A DNA stretch of 64,000 nucleotides. Origin: an uncultured Gammaproteobacteria bacterium (lineage in GTDB: Bacteria > Patescibacteriota > Patescibacteriia > Magasanikbacterales > GWA2-37-8). The stretch covers positions 37,600-101,599 of the forward strand of contig CAZWKA010000001.1 in the NCBI GenBank assembly GCA_964634875.1, written 5' to 3'. The translations under genes were made by a program, and so were the position numbers. This document shows positions 1 to 9,805 of the stretch, one piece after another (positions within the stretch are counted from its first letter, which is position 1; every line of letters starts with the position of its first letter). The notes beneath the pieces are model-generated. The model made no database searches and was not told the origin of the DNA. It was given only the letters and a program-made list of their open reading frames with translations.

Positions 1-94
1 GGGGGAAATGAGGTCAAAGGTGTTGTTTGCTTCTCCCCAATTCAGTTAGGAAAACCGGGGAGAAGCGGTGAATACGCGTATCAAGCAAAAGTGC

Positions 95-487
95 TTAGCG
101 GCAGAGCTCAACAATGTAAGGCGGGCTGAGCGACTGCATACAGCTGCAGTATGCCTGATAACCGTGCTCTTTACGAACCTGCTGGCAGGCGAGCATTTCG
201 CATCCATACTCGTTCTCAGGCAGGTTGTGGCTCCAGTTTGGCTCCAGGTTCATCGAAGCCTTGATCTCCTGGGCGTCGTCGCTCTCGCGGCACAGGTCTG
301 GTGCAGCCAGCCACTGCTGCATGAGCAAGCAACGGGCAGTGATGGTGTCTCGCTCGCCCTGAGCCTGGGTGAACACCTCGTAGGCGTTTCGCAATTTGCT
401 GCACTTACCCTTGCAATCCGGTGCACCAAGCAGCGCAAGAGCAGTCAAACCGATGCCTAAACGTTGACAGAAACCTACAGCTCGCAT
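95..487 (-). CDS. Hypothetical Cys-rich secreted/lipoprotein-like ORFan (GC-rich class)
   Basis: ORF with hydrophobic N-terminus (LGIGLTALALLGAPDC), AAGGAGG SD upstream of ATG, TTGACT -35-like element upstream. Confidence 0.6.
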   Translation of the reverse strand: MRAVGFCQRLGIGLTALALLGAPDCKGKCSKLRNAYEVFTQAQGERDTITARCLLMQQWLAAPDLCRESDDAQEIKASMNLEPNWSHNLPENEYGCEMLACQQVRKEHGYQAYCSCMQSLSPPYIVELCR

Positions 488-554
488 GGGGATCCTCCTT
501 TAAGGCCAATGTAAGCATAAAAAGGGCAAAGAGTCAAGATTGTAAAGTTGTATT

Positions 555-583
555 TTGACAAAAACCATCATTTCCACTATAGT
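555..583 (+). promoter_or_regulatory. sigma70-type promoter of ileS leader
   Basis: TTGACA (555-560), 17-nt spacer, TATAGT (578-583). Confidence 0.8.
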
Positions 584-594
584 AAAAGTACCCA

Positions 595-780
595 CAGAAC
601 TTCTCGCTATCACCGAGGAATCCGCCCAAGGCGGACTGTCGAGAAAAGAAATTGGCTAAATTTAGCCAAAAATAGACTTCTCCGGGTAAGCCCGTTATCG
701 CTATCAAATGAGTATAATGCCGAGATGGTACCGCCCACTAGAAGGGCTCTCGCACGCTAATTTAAGCGTGTTTTTATTTT
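595..780 (+). promoter_or_regulatory. T-box riboswitch (Ile, AUC specifier, ultrashort stem I)
   Basis: Antiterminator CGAGA-TGGTACC-GCCC...GGGC-TCTCG (721-752); small hairpin CTCG-CTATCAC-CGAG with ATC at 609-611; CGGG...CCCGTTA stem IIA/B motif; hairpin plus U-tract 753-780; directly upstream of ileS. Confidence 0.85.
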
Positions 781-783
781 TGT

Positions 784-3756
784 ATGCTGTATAACGCCAA
801 CAACGAAGAACAAGCAATCCTCAAATTTTGGGCAGAAAACAAGATTTTTGAGAAATCCATTTCCGAAAAATCGGCTGACAAGCCCTATGTTTTTTATGAC
901 GGCCCGCCGTTTGCTACTGGCACGCCGCACTATGGCCACTTTGTTTCATCGCTCATGAAAGACGTTGTGCCGCGCTTTTGGGCTATGAAGGGGTATTGCG
1001 TGGAACGCCGCTGGGGTTGGGATTGTCATGGGCTCCCGATTGAAAATATCGTGGAAAAAGAACTCGGTACCAAGAGTAAAAAAGAAATTGAAGCCTTGGG
1101 CGTCGCTAAATTCAATGAACTTTGTCGGTCGAAAGTGCTTGGTTATGTTGATGAGTGGAAAAAAACTATTACTCGTCTGGGTCGCTGGGTCGACATGGAC
1201 AATGCCTATCGCACCATGGACAAAGAGTATATGGAATCGGTCTGGTGGGTATTTAAACAGCTCTGGGATAAGGGGCTTATCTACGAAGATTATCGTTCCA
1301 TGTACATTTGTCCGCGCTGTGAAACTACCTTATCGCAGCAGGAAGTGAGTGAAGGTTATAAGGATGTTAAAGATATTTCGCTCTACGTAAAATTTGAGCT
1401 CACGAGCTATTCGCCGGAGATTTTTCAGCATGTCCCGAACGAACTCGACCGCAAATTCATGAGTGAACAGAAGGTGTATCTGGTCGCCTGGACCACGACA
1501 CCGTGGACACTCCCGGGTAACGTACTCCTTGCGGTGAATCCAGAAACGCTGTACACAATTTGCACCATTGAAAACGAAGCCGGTGTTTATATCATAGGCA
1601 AAGATCGGATTGCCGAGGTGCTCGAAAGCAAAAAATACACGGTCATTACCGACATTCCAGGATCGCTCCTTGCGGGTAGCGCATACGTTCCACTATTTCC
1701 GTATTACCAAGCTACGCCGAACGCTTTCCGTGTCGTTACCGCTGATTTTGTTACAACCGAAGACGGCAGTGGTGTGGTGCATATCGCCCCGGCGTTTGGC
1801 GACGATGACTTTAAAGTCGGCAAACGCGAAGGCTTGCCACTCGTACAGCATGTTGGTATGGACGGTCGCTTCAAACCAGAAGTTACTGATTTTGCAGGCC
1901 AAGAAGTGAAGCCGCGCTCAGACGACGACAAAGTTCGCTTGGCTACCGACATTGCTATTACCAAGTATTTGCAGGGTAAAGGTTCTTTTTTGGCGAAGAA
2001 AAATATTGTCCATAGTTATCCGCACTGCTGGCGCTGCGACACACCGCTCATCAATTATGCAACTTCGTCTTGGTTTGTAAAAGTAACTGCAGTTAAGGAA
2101 AAAGCCCTGGAATTGGCTAAAGAAATTAACTGGTCGCCAGAGCATATTAAAGAAGGACGCTTTGGTAAGTGGCTCGAAGGAGCCCGCGATTGGTCGATCT
2201 CTCGTCAGCGGTTTTGGGCAAGTGTTATGCCGATTTGGATGTGTGAAAATAAAGGTTCGTGCAGCGAAACAGTCGTTTTTGGTTCGGTTGTTGATTTAGA
2301 AGAAGCGAGCGGTCAGAAAATTGATGACCTGCATAAACACATCGTTGACTTGATTACATTCCCGTGTGCTAAATGCAGCGGTGTTATGAAACGCGTGCCC
2401 GATGTTATCGATACCTGGTTTGATTCCGGCTCCATGCCGTATGCCCAGGCACATTATCCGTTTGATAATAAAGCTAAATTTGAGGGTGGTTTTCCGGCAC
2501 AGTTTATTGCCGAAGGCCAGGATCAGACCCGTGCTTGGTTTTATTATCTGCATGTTTTATCAACGGCGCTTTTTGGAACGGTCGCATACAAAAATGTTAT
2601 TGTGAACGGTATCGTGCTGGCTGAAGACGGTAAGAAGATGAGTAAAAAACTGCAGAATTATCCTGATCCGAACATGCTGATCGAAAAATATGGTGCTGAT
2701 GCACTTCGCTACTACATTTTGAATTCCCCGGTCATGCATGCCGAGAGTCTTAATTTTTCGGAAGATGGTGTTAAAGAAATGTATAACAAGCTGATCAACA
2801 CTTTGTGGAATGTTTTTGAGTTCTACCAACTCTTTGCCAAAGACCTGCCAAGTAACAAGCCGTTCAAGTCTGCTCATGTTCTTGATCGGTGGGTAATGGC
2901 TAAACTCCACGAGACTGTTCGTGAGGTTACCGAAAATATGGAGCAGTATAATCTGGCCGAAGCAGCGCGTCCGATTATGGATTTTGTTACGGAACTCTCG
3001 CAGTGGTACGTTCGCCGTTCGCGTGAACGCGTGAAAGGGGTTGATGAAACAGATAAGCATCATGCATTGTACACACTGCGCGAAGTCTTGATTGTGGTGT
3101 CGAAATTACTGGCTCCGTTTACGCCGTTTATTGCTGAAAAAATGTATCAAGAACTTCGTTATGATGAAATTGGCGGCAAAGGCTGGGCTAAAGAAAGTGT
3201 TCACCTGGAACACTGGCCTGCGCTTCACGACGAACATCATGACCAGAGCGTACTTCAGGAAATGATCGCGGCTCGCAAGATCGTGGAACTGGGGCTTGCG
3301 CTCCGCGCTGAAACCGGGCTCAAGGTTCGCCAGCCACTGAACACACTAGCCATTAACAATGAACATTTGAGTCGGGAACTCCACACGATGATCGCCGAAG
3401 AGTTGAATGTAAAAAATATCGATGTTTGTGAAGTTTCTGCTGGTGATACTTGGAAACTCCGTGAAGACGGCGAGGTGAAGGTTTGGCTCGATACTGTGGT
3501 CGATGAAACGCTCAAAAAAGAAGGCTTGGTACGTGACGTAATCCGCGCAATTAACCAATACCGCAAAGAAAAAGGTTTTACGATTGAGGATCGGGTCTGT
3601 GTCTATTATGCCACCTCAAACGAGGAGTTGAAAAAAGTTTTTGTGGACTTTGCCGAACAGATTAAGTCAGCTGTGCTGGCTGACAGGCTCGAAACCGGGG
3701 ATAGTGGTGACGTTTCGACCGTGCCGGATTTGTTCTTATCGCTTGAAAAAATATAG
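784..3756 (+). CDS. ileS: Isoleucine--tRNA ligase (type 2)
   Basis: GPPFATGTPHYGH (HIGH), GWDCHGLP, WTTTPWTLP, DWSISRQRFW and KMSKK motifs. Confidence 0.97.
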   Translation: MLYNANNEEQAILKFWAENKIFEKSISEKSADKPYVFYDGPPFATGTPHYGHFVSSLMKDVVPRFWAMKGYCVERRWGWDCHGLPIENIVEKELGTKSKKEIEALGVAKFNELCRSKVLGYVDEWKKTITRLGRWVDMDNAYRTMDKEYMESVWWVFKQLWDKGLIYEDYRSMYICPRCETTLSQQEVSEGYKDVKDISLYVKFELTSYSPEIFQHVPNELDRKFMSEQKVYLVAWTTTPWTLPGNVLLAVNPETLYTICTIENEAGVYIIGKDRIAEVLESKKYTVITDIPGSLLAGSAYVPLFPYYQATPNAFRVVTADFVTTEDGSGVVHIAPAFGDDDFKVGKREGLPLVQHVGMDGRFKPEVTDFAGQEVKPRSDDDKVRLATDIAITKYLQGKGSFLAKKNIVHSYPHCWRCDTPLINYATSSWFVKVTAVKEKALELAKEINWSPEHIKEGRFGKWLEGARDWSISRQRFWASVMPIWMCENKGSCSETVVFGSVVDLEEASGQKIDDLHKHIVDLITFPCAKCSGVMKRVPDVIDTWFDSGSMPYAQAHYPFDNKAKFEGGFPAQFIAEGQDQTRAWFYYLHVLSTALFGTVAYKNVIVNGIVLAEDGKKMSKKLQNYPDPNMLIEKYGADALRYYILNSPVMHAESLNFSEDGVKEMYNKLINTLWNVFEFYQLFAKDLPSNKPFKSAHVLDRWVMAKLHETVREVTENMEQYNLAEAARPIMDFVTELSQWYVRRSRERVKGVDETDKHHALYTLREVLIVVSKLLAPFTPFIAEKMYQELRYDEIGGKGWAKESVHLEHWPALHDEHHDQSVLQEMIAARKIVELGLALRAETGLKVRQPLNTLAINNEHLSRELHTMIAEELNVKNIDVCEVSAGDTWKLREDGEVKVWLDTVVDETLKKEGLVRDVIRAINQYRKEKGFTIEDRVCVYYATSNEELKKVFVDFAEQIKSAVLADRLETGDSGDVSTVPDLFLSLEKI

Positions 3757-3894
3757 AATACTAATGCCTGGGTGTTCCTTGCGCGCGCAGGGATACGTTG
3801 AAAAGTAGGTTCAATTTTTAGCTATACATAGCAAAAAATTGCTTACAATTCTTGACAAGAAGCTGTGAATATAGTTAAATACAAACTTAATTGC

Positions 3895-4032
3895 TATCGG
3901 TTCATATGGAGTCTAGTTCACTGGACGACCCTGACCCTATCACAGTACAGCTGATCAGTCGGGGTAAGGAAACAAAAGATTTGCTTAACCCATAACCCAA
4001 ACAGAGTTACCTGTTTGGGTTATTTATTTTTG
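3895..4032 (+). promoter_or_regulatory. Structured 5' leader with intrinsic terminator (candidate riboswitch/attenuator)
   Basis: Hairpins 3911-3926 and 3929-3964; 13-bp terminator stem 3992-4023 with U-rich tail just before ATG 4042. Confidence 0.55.
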
Positions 4033-4041
4033 TTAATTATT

Positions 4042-5319
4042 ATGGAGCGAGCGCTCAATGGTTCAACAGTGCTTTTGGTGCATGCCGGTTCATTAAGCAA
4101 GCAATTCATCCTCGAACGGGCGAAAGCGCTCGGTGTCCGCATCATTTGCTTGAACAAAAAAAAGGAAGCTTTTGCCGAGCCTTTTGTTGATCACTGGATT
4201 TTTGCTGACCTCAAAGACGAAACAAGCTGTTTTAAAAAAATTACAGAGTTTATCGTAGCTCACGCGGATATTAAAATTGATGGAGTAATTACCTTTTGGG
4301 ATGAATCCGTTGTTCTCGCCGCACACATCTCGGAACAATTTTGCTGGATAGGTATTTTGTCAAAAACAGCTGACCGGATTAAGAATAAATATGCTTTTAG
4401 GGATGCCTGCCAAACCGAGGGTATTCCCGCCCCACACCACCTCCTGCTCAATACCGAAGCTGACTTGGCGAAGGCTGATGCGGAGCTTGAATACCCAGTG
4501 GTGGTAAAACCGGTATACGGCGCCAGCAGTGCGTTTGTGGTACGCGCCGACAACCTTTCGGAATTAACGACTGTCTATAATGATCAAATTAAAAATATCC
4601 ATACGTTTTGGTTAGCACCAGAATGGAACAGTCTTCAGGTGTTGGTTGAAGAGTATATTGACGGCCAAGAAGTTGATATTGATATCCTGGTTCAGAACGG
4701 GGAAGTTAAATATATTTCGATTATTGATAATAAAGAAACCAACGAACCATTTTTTGTTGAAACAGGCTGGTCGTCTCCTTCGAGATTGGGAGCGAAAGAA
4801 CAAAAAGAACTGGAAGCGATGGCAGTTTTTACCCTGAAGGCGCTCAAGGTAGAGAATGGTTGCGTTCACTTTGAAGCGAAATATGGCAGCAAAGGTGCTG
4901 TACCGATTGAGATTAATTTGCGCATGGGCGGTGGAGAAGTGTACCTCTATTCCAAGCTCGTCTGGGGTGTTGATCTGGTTGAAAATGCCCTGAAGATTGC
5001 GCTCGGCCTGCCAGTTGTTATTGATAAGCCCGATAAACCGATCTGTCATCTGCTCTCGTATCGTTTTCTTCCGGAAAAAACCTGCAAACTGACTAAGCTC
5101 CGCGTTGATGAGGCGGTGTACGGTCAGTCCTCGGTAGTAAGTTTGTATTTTGAAAAACAAGTTGGCGATATTTTTCTAGCGCCGCCGGAAGGGTATGACC
5201 GCTGTATTGGTGTCATTACGGTAAAAGGTGAGAGCCATGTTGCCGCAGAAGAAAATTTGGCCAAAGCCCTAAAGTATATTAAATACGCCGTCGAACCACT
5301 TAATCACATCACTATTTAA
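4042..5319 (+). CDS. ATP-grasp domain protein (L-amino acid ligase-like)
   Basis: YPVVVKPVYGASSAFV, LVEEYIDGQE, HFEAK, IEINLRMGG motifs. Confidence 0.88.
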   Translation: MERALNGSTVLLVHAGSLSKQFILERAKALGVRIICLNKKKEAFAEPFVDHWIFADLKDETSCFKKITEFIVAHADIKIDGVITFWDESVVLAAHISEQFCWIGILSKTADRIKNKYAFRDACQTEGIPAPHHLLLNTEADLAKADAELEYPVVVKPVYGASSAFVVRADNLSELTTVYNDQIKNIHTFWLAPEWNSLQVLVEEYIDGQEVDIDILVQNGEVKYISIIDNKETNEPFFVETGWSSPSRLGAKEQKELEAMAVFTLKALKVENGCVHFEAKYGSKGAVPIEINLRMGGGEVYLYSKLVWGVDLVENALKIALGLPVVIDKPDKPICHLLSYRFLPEKTCKLTKLRVDEAVYGQSSVVSLYFEKQVGDIFLAPPEGYDRCIGVITVKGESHVAAEENLAKALKYIKYAVEPLNHITI

Positions 5320-5329
5320 TACATCACGT

Positions 5330-6709
5330 ATGCATAAAAAGCAGGAAAAAATTTTAGATGTACGCGGTTCTTTTACCAAAGACGGTATTCGTATTATTGT
5401 TCGTGGGAAACGTTTTGATATTGCCTTTCCGGCGGCTATTTGGCAGAAAACACCGGCCGAAATCAAGCAGGTTTTACTTGAAAATTTAACCTTCGGTAAT
5501 ACCCACTTTTTGCCGGTGACGCTAGGGTATGATCGTATTAAATATAATATTCCACTGCCCCTCCTCGAGAGCCTCTTGTTTAGGAATCAGGCGGTATCTA
5601 TCGTAAAAGCAGAAGTGTACGACAAAGTGAAACCGGCTACGTATTTAAAAGCGTTCTTCAATACACAGTATGACTTTGCTCCCGGAGCCGGCGCACTGCC
5701 CTTTGGTCCGAAACGCCGTCAGTTCAAGAACAAAAAGCCAATTGCAATTTTACCATTTACTTTTGGTAAAGAAAGCTTGTTAACCTTTGCGCTCTGCCGT
5801 GAGCTTGGTATTAAACCTGTGCTTGTGTATTCCCAGGAACCTTCTTCGCCCTATGAAGAAACTTATAAGAAAAAACAGTTAGCGCTGTTCTCTAAAGAAT
5901 TCAAAGTTGATACTCATTTCGTAAAATACGAACCAGGTTTATTCCGCTACGATGTTGCCTTCAAAGAAAAACCAGGTACTGAAGTGGGTTGGGGGCTCCA
6001 AACCACGCTCCTGTCATGGCAGATGCTCCCTTTTGTTTTTGCCTACGGCGCCGAATATATTCTGTTTGGCAGCGAACACGCCAATAATGAGTATGAGATG
6101 AATGAAGATGGTTGGCGTGTACAGCTCTCCTACGATCAGAGCAGCTTCTTTACTATGGAGCAAGATCTGGCGGTGCGTACAGTTACGGAAGATAATTGCC
6201 GTGTCCGCACGAGTTTAGAACCAATGGAAGAAACATCTATTCTCTTCATGCTCCATACGCGCTATCCTGAAATTGGCAAATACCAGTTTTCTTGTACTGG
6301 CGAAAAACCGCTTCTCGCGGGTTCGCAGTGGTGCCATAACTGCTACAAGTGCTGGCGCATGTTCCTGATTGCCTGTGCAGTTGGTGTTGATCCGTATTCA
6401 TTTGGATTCAAGAAAGATATTTTGAATCAGACGGGAATCTTTACCAACTACTTTGGTGAAGATATCAAAAGCGGATCAAATAACGAATTAGATTTCTGTT
6501 TTTATATTCTTCACAAGAAGAATTGGCAGTCACCATATGTCGAGCTCTTCCGTAAAACAAAATTAGCTGGCCTAAAACCGTGGTCAGAATTTGTAAAAGA
6601 ATTTACAACGGTTCAACCGGAGCTTAACCTTCCTGCTGCCTACCGCAATACAATGATGAGTATCTTCAAAGAAGAGTTAAAAAATTTAAAGAAAATACTG
6701 CCTCGTTAG
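5330..6709 (+). CDS. MurL-like / PP-loop adenine nucleotide alpha-hydrolase-fold protein
   Basis: Degenerate PP-loop PFTFGKES, SEHANNE and FSC...WCHNCYKC, resembling the MurL peptide epimerase family. Confidence 0.55.
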   Translation: MHKKQEKILDVRGSFTKDGIRIIVRGKRFDIAFPAAIWQKTPAEIKQVLLENLTFGNTHFLPVTLGYDRIKYNIPLPLLESLLFRNQAVSIVKAEVYDKVKPATYLKAFFNTQYDFAPGAGALPFGPKRRQFKNKKPIAILPFTFGKESLLTFALCRELGIKPVLVYSQEPSSPYEETYKKKQLALFSKEFKVDTHFVKYEPGLFRYDVAFKEKPGTEVGWGLQTTLLSWQMLPFVFAYGAEYILFGSEHANNEYEMNEDGWRVQLSYDQSSFFTMEQDLAVRTVTEDNCRVRTSLEPMEETSILFMLHTRYPEIGKYQFSCTGEKPLLAGSQWCHNCYKCWRMFLIACAVGVDPYSFGFKKDILNQTGIFTNYFGEDIKSGSNNELDFCFYILHKKNWQSPYVELFRKTKLAGLKPWSEFVKEFTTVQPELNLPAAYRNTMMSIFKEELKNLKKILPR

Positions 6710-6793
6710 TAGAGCTAAGGTTGCAGGGTTTTGAGTTGACAGTCCAAACTTTTTGCTCTACAGTAGGGCATATTTATTGTACTTGATAATCAT

Positions 6794-7759
6794 ATGATGA
6801 GTGTAAAAAATGTCTTTGATCTTGGTGTAAAAATTGCTGTGTCGGCTGATCCGCGCGGGAGCAAGGGTGTCACCAAGTACCTCGAAACAATTAAACGCGA
6901 GTACGCTGAGATGAAAGAAAGCGATAAGAAGTATTTTGACATTTCTCGCCTCACAAATCCGTACCCGGACAGCTGTATCCATGTGGATGATGGATGTAAA
7001 GAAGTGAAGCGGGTTCTTGCTGGTATCGATATTGACGCTGGCGAGATCCTGTTAGCCAGCCAGTTGAACGAGCGTGGTAAGAAAATTGATCTCACGATTT
7101 CGCATCATCCGGTGGGCAATGCGCTTGCTGGTCTTCACGAGGTTATGGAGATGTCCACATCAATTTTTGAGAGCTTCGGTTTGCCGATTCATGTGGCCGA
7201 AAAAGTAATGGGGGATCGTATTAGCGAGGTTGGACGAAGCGTGCACCCCATTAACCATCATCGTGGCGTTGATATCGCCCGTATCTTGGGGATTAATTTC
7301 ATGAGCACGCACACGATTACTGATAATCTGGTCAACAAATTTTTGGAAGACCTTTTCAAAAAAGAAAAACCTGAAACCCTTGGTGAAATTATAGACCTCC
7401 TTATGGAGGTGCCTGAGTTCCAGGAAGCCCGCCGCCGCGGCGCGGGGCCTCGAATTGTTGCTGGAAATCGTAAAAAGAAAGTTGGTCGTTACCTGGTAGA
7501 AATGACCGGGGGCACGGAGCCACAGAGCCAGGTCTACGAAGAGTTCTCACGGATCGGTGTGAGTACGATGATTAGCATGCACATGCGAGAGGATGCTCTT
7601 AAAAAAGCTAATGAGCAGCATATGAATGTCGTTATTAGCGGGCACATGTCGTCTGATTCTGTTGGTATGAACCTGTTCCTCGATGAGCTCGAAAAGAAAG
7701 GGGTAGAGATTATTCCGTGCGGCGGACTCATCCGTGTAAGCCGGAATAAGAAACGGTAA
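6794..7759 (+). CDS. NIF3 (NGG1p interacting factor 3)-like metal-binding protein
   Basis: NPYPDS, AGIDID, ISHHP, HTITDN, GHMSSDSVGMN motifs. Confidence 0.8.
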   Translation: MMSVKNVFDLGVKIAVSADPRGSKGVTKYLETIKREYAEMKESDKKYFDISRLTNPYPDSCIHVDDGCKEVKRVLAGIDIDAGEILLASQLNERGKKIDLTISHHPVGNALAGLHEVMEMSTSIFESFGLPIHVAEKVMGDRISEVGRSVHPINHHRGVDIARILGINFMSTHTITDNLVNKFLEDLFKKEKPETLGEIIDLLMEVPEFQEARRRGAGPRIVAGNRKKKVGRYLVEMTGGTEPQSQVYEEFSRIGVSTMISMHMREDALKKANEQHMNVVISGHMSSDSVGMNLFLDELEKKGVEIIPCGGLIRVSRNKKR

Positions 7760-7841
7760 ATTTTGTAATAAGTTTGTAGGTCAGTAAGTAGTTAACTATT
7801 TACTGACTACGTTACTAACGCGCTACTTGCTAACTTACGTT

Positions 7842-8423
7842 ATGATCTCGCTCCTCCAAGGAAAAATTATTGCCAACAACCAGGTTGAAGTTGTCCTCCT
7901 GACCTCTGGGGGAGTTGGCTATAAAATACTCATCAGCTTGCGCGCTGCTGAAAAATGCTCTGTCGGAAACGATGTGCTGCTCGAAACGTACTTGGTTGTA
8001 CGCGAAGATGCCTTGGAATTGTTTGGTTTTGAGAACGCCCGCGAGCGGGAATTGTTTAAGCATTTCTTGTCTGTAAGCGGTGTGGGGCCAAAGACGGCCC
8101 TGCACCTTTTGGCCTTGGGTTCGGTGGATGATATTACCCGAGCAGTTGGTCGCGGCGACGTAGCGTACCTCACCAAGGTTAGCGGGATTGGCAAAAAAAC
8201 AGCTGAACGTATCGTGGTTGACCTCAAGGCCAAACTGACCGGCGTGGAATCGTTTGACAATGCCGTGCTAGCGGATACCCCGGACAATGTTGGTGACGTT
8301 ATTGACGGGCTGATTGCTTTGGGCTACTCTGCGGGTGAGGCTCGGGAGGTAGCGAAAGGGCTCGATAGTAAGGGTAAAACAAGCGAACAGTTGTTGAAAG
8401 AAGCTTTACAGCGAATCAAATAA
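7842..8423 (+). CDS. ruvA: Holliday junction branch migration protein RuvA
   Basis: GGVGY, VREDALELFGF, VSGVGPKTAL, GIGKKTAERI, LIALGYS. Confidence 0.95.
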   Translation: MISLLQGKIIANNQVEVVLLTSGGVGYKILISLRAAEKCSVGNDVLLETYLVVREDALELFGFENARERELFKHFLSVSGVGPKTALHLLALGSVDDITRAVGRGDVAYLTKVSGIGKKTAERIVVDLKAKLTGVESFDNAVLADTPDNVGDVIDGLIALGYSAGEAREVAKGLDSKGKTSEQLLKEALQRIK

Positions 8424-8447
8424 GATTTATTTTTAATACTCAAACGT

Positions 8448-9197
8448 ATGGGGTTTCTCATCATTATCCCGCTCATTATCCTCCTCCTCGGCCTGCGTAT
8501 CGTCCAGCAGTACCAAAAAGGCGTCATCTTTCGCTTTGGTAAAATTGTCGGTATTAAAGAACCGGGTTTAAACTGGATCATCCCTATCGTTGACCAAATG
8601 CGAAAAGTCGATTTCCGTACAGTTACTTTGCCGATCCCGCCGCAAAAAATTATTACTAAAGACAACGTCTCGGTTGATGTTTCGGCCGTCGCTTACTACA
8701 AGATTGTTGATTCTATCAAAAGTATTGTTGGAATCGAAAACGTGATGAGCGCTATCAATCAGATTGCCCAAACGTCAGTGCGCAATATTGTCGGCAAGTT
8801 TCAGCTCGACGAAATTTTAAGTGAGCGCGAAACGATCAACAAAGAAATTACCGCCGTTCTCGACCACCATACCGAAAGCTGGGGGGTGCTTGTGTCTGTG
8901 GTAGAAATTAAAGACATTGAACTTCCAGAAGGCATGCAGCGTGCCATGGCGAAGCAAGCTGAGGCTGAACGCGAAAAACGCGCCAAGATCATTGCTGCGG
9001 AAGGTGAGTTCCTTTCAAGCCAAAAATTAGCGGATACCGCGGATATTATGGCTGCCCATCCTATTGCGCTTCAATTGCGTAATCTCCAGACCATGGCGGA
9101 AATTAGTATTGAAAAGAATTCCACCATTATTTTCCCGGCGCAGTTTATGAGTACGATTTCCGAGATAAAACAATTCATGCAATCGGAGCATAAATAA
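8448..9197 (+). CDS. SPFH/band 7 (slipin, stomatin-like) protein
   Basis: ITKDNVSVDVSAV, AQTSVRNIVG, MAKQAEAEREKRAKII. Confidence 0.92.
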   Translation: MGFLIIIPLIILLLGLRIVQQYQKGVIFRFGKIVGIKEPGLNWIIPIVDQMRKVDFRTVTLPIPPQKIITKDNVSVDVSAVAYYKIVDSIKSIVGIENVMSAINQIAQTSVRNIVGKFQLDEILSERETINKEITAVLDHHTESWGVLVSVVEIKDIELPEGMQRAMAKQAEAEREKRAKIIAAEGEFLSSQKLADTADIMAAHPIALQLRNLQTMAEISIEKNSTIIFPAQFMSTISEIKQFMQSEHK

Positions 9198-9254
9198 AAT
9201 TTGCTAAAATAAAAACTCTCCGAGCAATCGGAGAGTTTTTTAAATTCGTGCAGT

Positions 9255-9495
9255 GTTTTTTTGACGGAGGTAATCGGCGGATCTGTAAACCCAATTACTT
9301 TTGCGCCCAGCGTTTGCATGGCGGTTTCAAAAGTGAGCTGTGTGCGGGCTGACGGTTCAAAGAAACAGCTGGCCATCACCTGCCCATCGAGCAGATGGGG
9401 CTTGAGGTGTTGTTTTATTTTTTTGCTTCACTTAAAACCTGAGTATTGCGGGTTTACTGAGTTCGCAGATCGAAATGATGTCCTGGTTTTTAAAA
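9255..9495 (-). pseudogene. pyrB: Truncated, frameshifted aspartate carbamoyltransferase fragment
   Basis: Minus strand reads KNQDIISICELSK, then after a frameshift HLLDGQVMASCFFEPSARTQLTFETAMQTLGAKVIGF...TSVKK; the remainder is absent. Confidence 0.75.
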
Positions 9496-9805
9496 CAAGG
9501 AAGTATATCAGTCGAATGATTATAAAAAAGCCACCCTGTATAGGTGGCTGATCAACGAGGAAAGAAAGGGGTTGTGGGGGAGAGAACGTTTCGTGTGATG
9601 AAGTGTAGCAGGGTACCGCACAAGCGTCAAAGGTTTCCTGTCCACAGTTTTGTGGGTATTAAAAAACTTCCCTAAAATGGGAAGTTTTATTTCTGGTGGG
9701 CGGGCAATTACTTCACCCTGCTACCCACAGACTCAGTAGGTTGAGTGTGTGGGTAGGGGCAGGGCGAGGCGGTGCTCGCGGGTGAGTAAGGACGAGAGTT
9801 GTTCG

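Noticed and set aside
548-760. Leader peptide ORF upstream of ileS
   Set aside because: It starts upstream of the promoter; the region is explained by the T-box RNA.
3895-3970. Assignment as TPP, fluoride or guanidine-II riboswitch
   Set aside because: Only partial word matches (CTGATC, GGACGACC, ATGGAGT); key conserved elements such as TPP CUGAGA or a second ACGR hairpin are missing.
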